A stretch of DNA of 40,975 nt from assembly GCA_000708835.1 (NCBI GenBank), contig DF237666.1, forward strand, positions 1 to 40,975. The letters run 5' to 3'. Below are positions 38,401-40,975 of the stretch, in pieces; position 1 is the stretch's first letter, and each line of letters begins with the position of its first letter. The notes under the pieces were generated by a model. That model searched no databases and was not told the origin of the DNA. It worked only from the letters and a program-made list of their open reading frames with translations. This stretch comes from Klebsormidium nitens (taxonomy: Eukaryota > Plantae > Klebsormidiophyceae). The translations under genes were made by a program, and so were the position numbers.

Positions 38401-40269
38401 CTTTCCGTATCCCCCTTAGGAGATTCCCCAGTTTGCACTCATGCCGGCCTCTCTCTTTCACCACGCGGCCGTCGTCTTTTCTCAGCAAGAGACGTTTCGG
38501 CGCTCGCTCCGCGAAGGCGCTTTGAACTTGTCAAAGACGAAGCAGATGCGATAACAGAAAGTTTTTGTATCCACAAGTGACATTCTAGGGTAGTCTTTTT
38601 GGCACGAGGACCTTTTGGTGCCTGATTTACGAGCCAACCGCTCTTGAAAGAAATACGTATCACTGCCTGACGCCCATCATCTCCCTCACGGGGGGCGCAC
38701 ATCAGCCGAAGTCTCGTGTGTCTAGCCCAGCCGTTTTCTGATCAACAACGTGGTGCGGAGTCCTCATAATGTTTTTGGTTTACAGCGGCACTTTGCGGTT
38801 GGACTACCTGTCCCCGTTGAGCCGGCGGCTGACGGAACCACTGCGGGACGACGGGAAGGAGGGCGTGGAGGAAGTGGTGGAGCTGATGGAGGAGTACGGG
38901 ATCAGCCAGGAGGACTACGATACCGCGCTGGAGCTAACAAAGTTTAAGGTCAGCGCTTCTGTGCGTTGATTGAGCTCAGATTTTGTCCTTTCAAGCAAAG
39001 ATTGTTTACCATTTTGTGAATTGTTGGAGCACATTGAGAAGGAGCTGGCGCAAGGGGGAGCGAAGAAGTGCGAGGTCAGAGTTTCTCTGCTTGATTGCGC
39101 TTTGAATTGTTCGGTGTTTTTGCTTGGAGAGACCAATTCTTGAGAGCAGTCCAATGCTTAAGCACGTAGGAAGGAGACGGTGACGACATTGCGATCAAGC
39201 ATCAAGTACAAGGTCATGATAACCGTCGGCACTCTTTTTCAGTCTCTTCAGACTCCTTGGAAGCAGATTACGCGGTCTGCCACCGTGTCGCTTTGAAAAG
39301 TCTTTGCAAGCAACACCCTCAGCTCCTTGCTTCGCCGTCCGGATGCTGCTTTCTTTCTCATCCAACTGAACTGGGGTCGACTCGTTCCCGCGTTCTCAAG
39401 CATGAATATTGCAGCCGGTTCGCCTTTCTTGAGTTCGGTTTGTCCGTCTCGTTTCCACGTTTGCTTGACCTCATTCCATTGATTGTCGCAGGACTTCGCC
39501 GACCCCCTTAAGGGCGTCCCTGCCGCCGTCAAGTCCCACCTGACGCGCACGTATAAGGGCCGGGCCAAGCTCCGGCACGTGACCGCCCCCGACATGATTG
39601 CGCTCCCGTCGGCCGCTATGGCCAAGAAGAAAACCAAGAAGGTGCCCGCGCGACTGGACGTCTTACCGCCAGACGAAGAAGGGAGGCCGGCCGAAGACGA
39701 AGCGCTGCTTGAAGGTACGTCCGTCCGAAATGCACCTTTGCTCTCTACCGCGCGGAAGTTGAATATATCAATGCAATGTGCCGAGGTTAGTTTGGAGTGT
39801 TGAGACTTCTTATAATGGAGCTCTACTTTGTTCGTGTCGTTGCGCGGCACTTCTTCGTCATGCTTGCTGTCGGATGGAGTTTGCGCAAAGATGTTGCAGG
39901 AGCCGTACTGATTTCGTCGTATTGTGATTGAACAACGGGTACGGTGAGCTGTACATTTCCCAGGTTCCACACGACGTAGTCAACGAGCCGTATACCTGTC
40001 GTCGCACAATAAAGGAGAGGTGTCAAGTTCTCGCAACCGGTAACCAACCGTATTGAACGACGTCAGACTTTCTTACTTTCTTTCTCGTAGGTGACGAGGA
40101 CGAGAACGACGATGAGGATGCCGAGCAAGTGGAGAAAGAGGCCGCGAAGGAGGTCCTCTCCAAGTTGGCTGCTAGCAACCGCGATAGAAACGGAAACGGC
40201 AGCAAGAAAAACTCGAGGCCCGCGGCCCGGGCTCCCTCTTCTGCCGGCCCTAGTAAGAAACGGAAATAG
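29437..40269 (+). CDS. RFC1: Replication factor C subunit 1 (BRCT, AAA+ ATPase and RFC1 C-terminal domains), 18 exons
   Basis: Exons 29437-29442, 29693-29743, 30343-30616, 30859-31145, 31465-31532, 31924-32186, 32794-32966, 33426-33608, 33990-34134, 34950-35088, 35478-35580, 35824-35943, 36581-36775, 37475-37687, 38158-38282, 38786-38948, 39492-39714, 40091-40269, all in phase. Motifs TDIRKFF, BRCT (GLTFVISGVLDSLEREEAEDLIKRHGG), WVHRYAP, Walker A GDPGIGKT, NASDSR, Walker B LIMDEVDGM, PIICICNDRY, GDMRMAINQLQ and NFNRFGGWLGKNS. Confidence 0.96.
31005..31112 (+). repeat. G-rich low-complexity stretch encoding RGG/GRG repeats in RFC1 exon 4
   Basis: Many runs of three or more G, up to about nine. 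The in-frame translation is Gly/Arg-rich and leads into GGGFGQREAPPHKGEK. Confidence 0.8.
31533..31923 (+). other. GC-AG intron (RFC1 intron 5, inside the BRCT domain)
   Basis: The conserved peptide VLD-S-LEREE requires GAC AG|gcaagg ... cag|T CTC GAG. No suitable GT donor is present at this position. Confidence 0.85.
33165..33430 (+). repeat. Tandem duplication (~140 bp) of the 3' end of RFC1 intron 7, including the acceptor
   Basis: TTCTGACGCCTTGTTGCGC..CCAG|GTG occurs with AG ending at 33285 and at 33425. GAACTyACGAGGACT and TTTCGAAGC are also duplicated. Confidence 0.85.
34695..34980 (+). repeat. Four degenerate tandem copies (period 75-85 bp) of the RFC1 intron 9/exon 10 junction
   Basis: Units resembling TTCGTCAG|GCAAAGGGAAGAAGAAGGTGGAGG start exon-like sequence at 34708, 34793, 34868 and 34950 (the real exon). 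ATCAGGCCG recurs between them. Confidence 0.8.
36290..36615 (+). repeat. Three copies of the RFC1 intron 12/exon 13 acceptor junction
   Basis: cgcag|TACATGG at 36317, cgtag|TACATGGCGTTGCTGT..CACCGTAAGC at 36430 and cgcag|TACATGGCGTTGCTGTCGAGCACCGTAAGC at 36581 (the real exon). Confidence 0.85.
36700..37320 (+). repeat. Five tandem copies (periods 122, 134, 140, 142 bp) of the RFC1 exon 13 3' end plus its GC donor
   Basis: About 75 nt of exon end (CTyAGCATCAATGCGCGCCTGGACCTTGCmATGCAGGACGCC..CTCATCGTGCAG|GCAAGT) recur with donor positions at 36776 (real), 36898, 37032, 37172 and 37314. Confidence 0.9.
36776..37474 (+). other. GC-AG intron (RFC1 intron 13)
   Basis: The conserved peptide PLIVQ-ENYLNY requires GTG CAG|gcaagt ... 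ctgcag|GAG AAC TAT. Confidence 0.88.
38008..38165 (+). repeat. Tandem duplication (78 bp) at the RFC1 intron 14 acceptor
   Basis: CATGACGTCAGCAGACT (17 bp, exact) occurs at ~38034 and ~38112. Each copy is followed ~40 bp later by GGGCGAGC, and only the second copy has the AG. Confidence 0.75.
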
Positions 40270-40975
40270 ACGGGGGGTCATTTTCATTCGGGAAGCACCC
40301 GGTCCGTTTGCGACAATTCGTTTTGAGCTCGTTATGGATACGTTATGGACGATTGAACCACGATAAGTCCGGGTTAAACGAGTCCGGTTAACTACGCTTG
40401 CTGTTTTCCACAACGAGTCATGCTTCACGCTTCACTCTTTTGTCAACATCGCTTCGCGATTCTTCTTTACGTCCTGAGCATGAGCATTTGAGTTTGTTCA
40501 GGTCGTGGGCACCGAGTCAGAGTTCCCTGCTCCGCTTGGCCGGTCTGCATTATTCGTGGCTTGAATACTGCCGGCGTGCCCTGGCATGAGCTATTAGGGT
40601 GTGGTCACAAGCTGTTTAACATGCACAAGAAGGGATCGCTTTCCGGATATGGAGCATGAGGTACGCATGTTATTACCAGATATTGCATGCACGGTGCCGC
40701 CTGTATGTAGCTGCCCCGTAGTTGAGACCAGAACACCGTCTCATGATTCATCTGACTGTTATTCAAGTACGCCGTTGATTTCATGCCATAGCGTTGTAGA
40801 AGAAGCTTGCGGACCCGCCCCTATCTTTCTGACATTTCAAGATTCGATCGAAGCGATAAGGTGTAATGTTGCCCGTCAAATTCATCATCGACGGTCCGCG
40901 CAGCCCTCAGGCAAATTGAGGCAATTTGCAGTGTCAATCGACCCTGACCGTACGGAACTTGGAAATCGAACCTTT

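Noticed and set aside
39248-39970. Long antisense ORFs such as 39248-39970, 35386-36177, 32099-32695 and 1764-2246
   Set aside because: They are opposite-strand shadows of GC-rich exons and introns, with no domain signatures.

Overview
Intron-rich eukaryotic nuclear DNA with GT-AG introns, GC-rich exons and green-plant-type proteins. The style resembles a streptophyte alga such as Klebsormidium, but the taxon is my inference. I assembled six multi-exon genes by hand from splice sites and reading phase: (1) plastid-type FGGY kinase XK1/D-ribulose kinase, 406-5448 (+); (2) an uncharacterised protein with a poly-Lys tail, ~6748-9787 (+); (3) an uncharacterised coiled-coil protein with Sfi1-like motifs, ~9861-13754 (-); (4) an endosomal class II Na+(K+)/H+ antiporter of NHX5/6 type, 14892-20993 (+); (5) an EGY3-type M50 pseudoprotease, 22058-28967 (-); (6) replication factor C large subunit RFC1, 29437-40269 (+). 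I found no convincing rRNA, tRNA, CRISPR array or transposon. Most entries in the ORF track are exon fragments or antisense shadows. The most unusual structure is inside RFC1: at least five of its introns contain degenerate tandem copies of their own exon-intron junction (2-5 copies, periods 75-150 bp). The extra donor copies lie downstream of the real donor and the extra acceptor copies lie upstream of the real acceptor. Every alternative acceptor copy I could test, and read-through to the extra donors, shifts frame or meets a stop codon.
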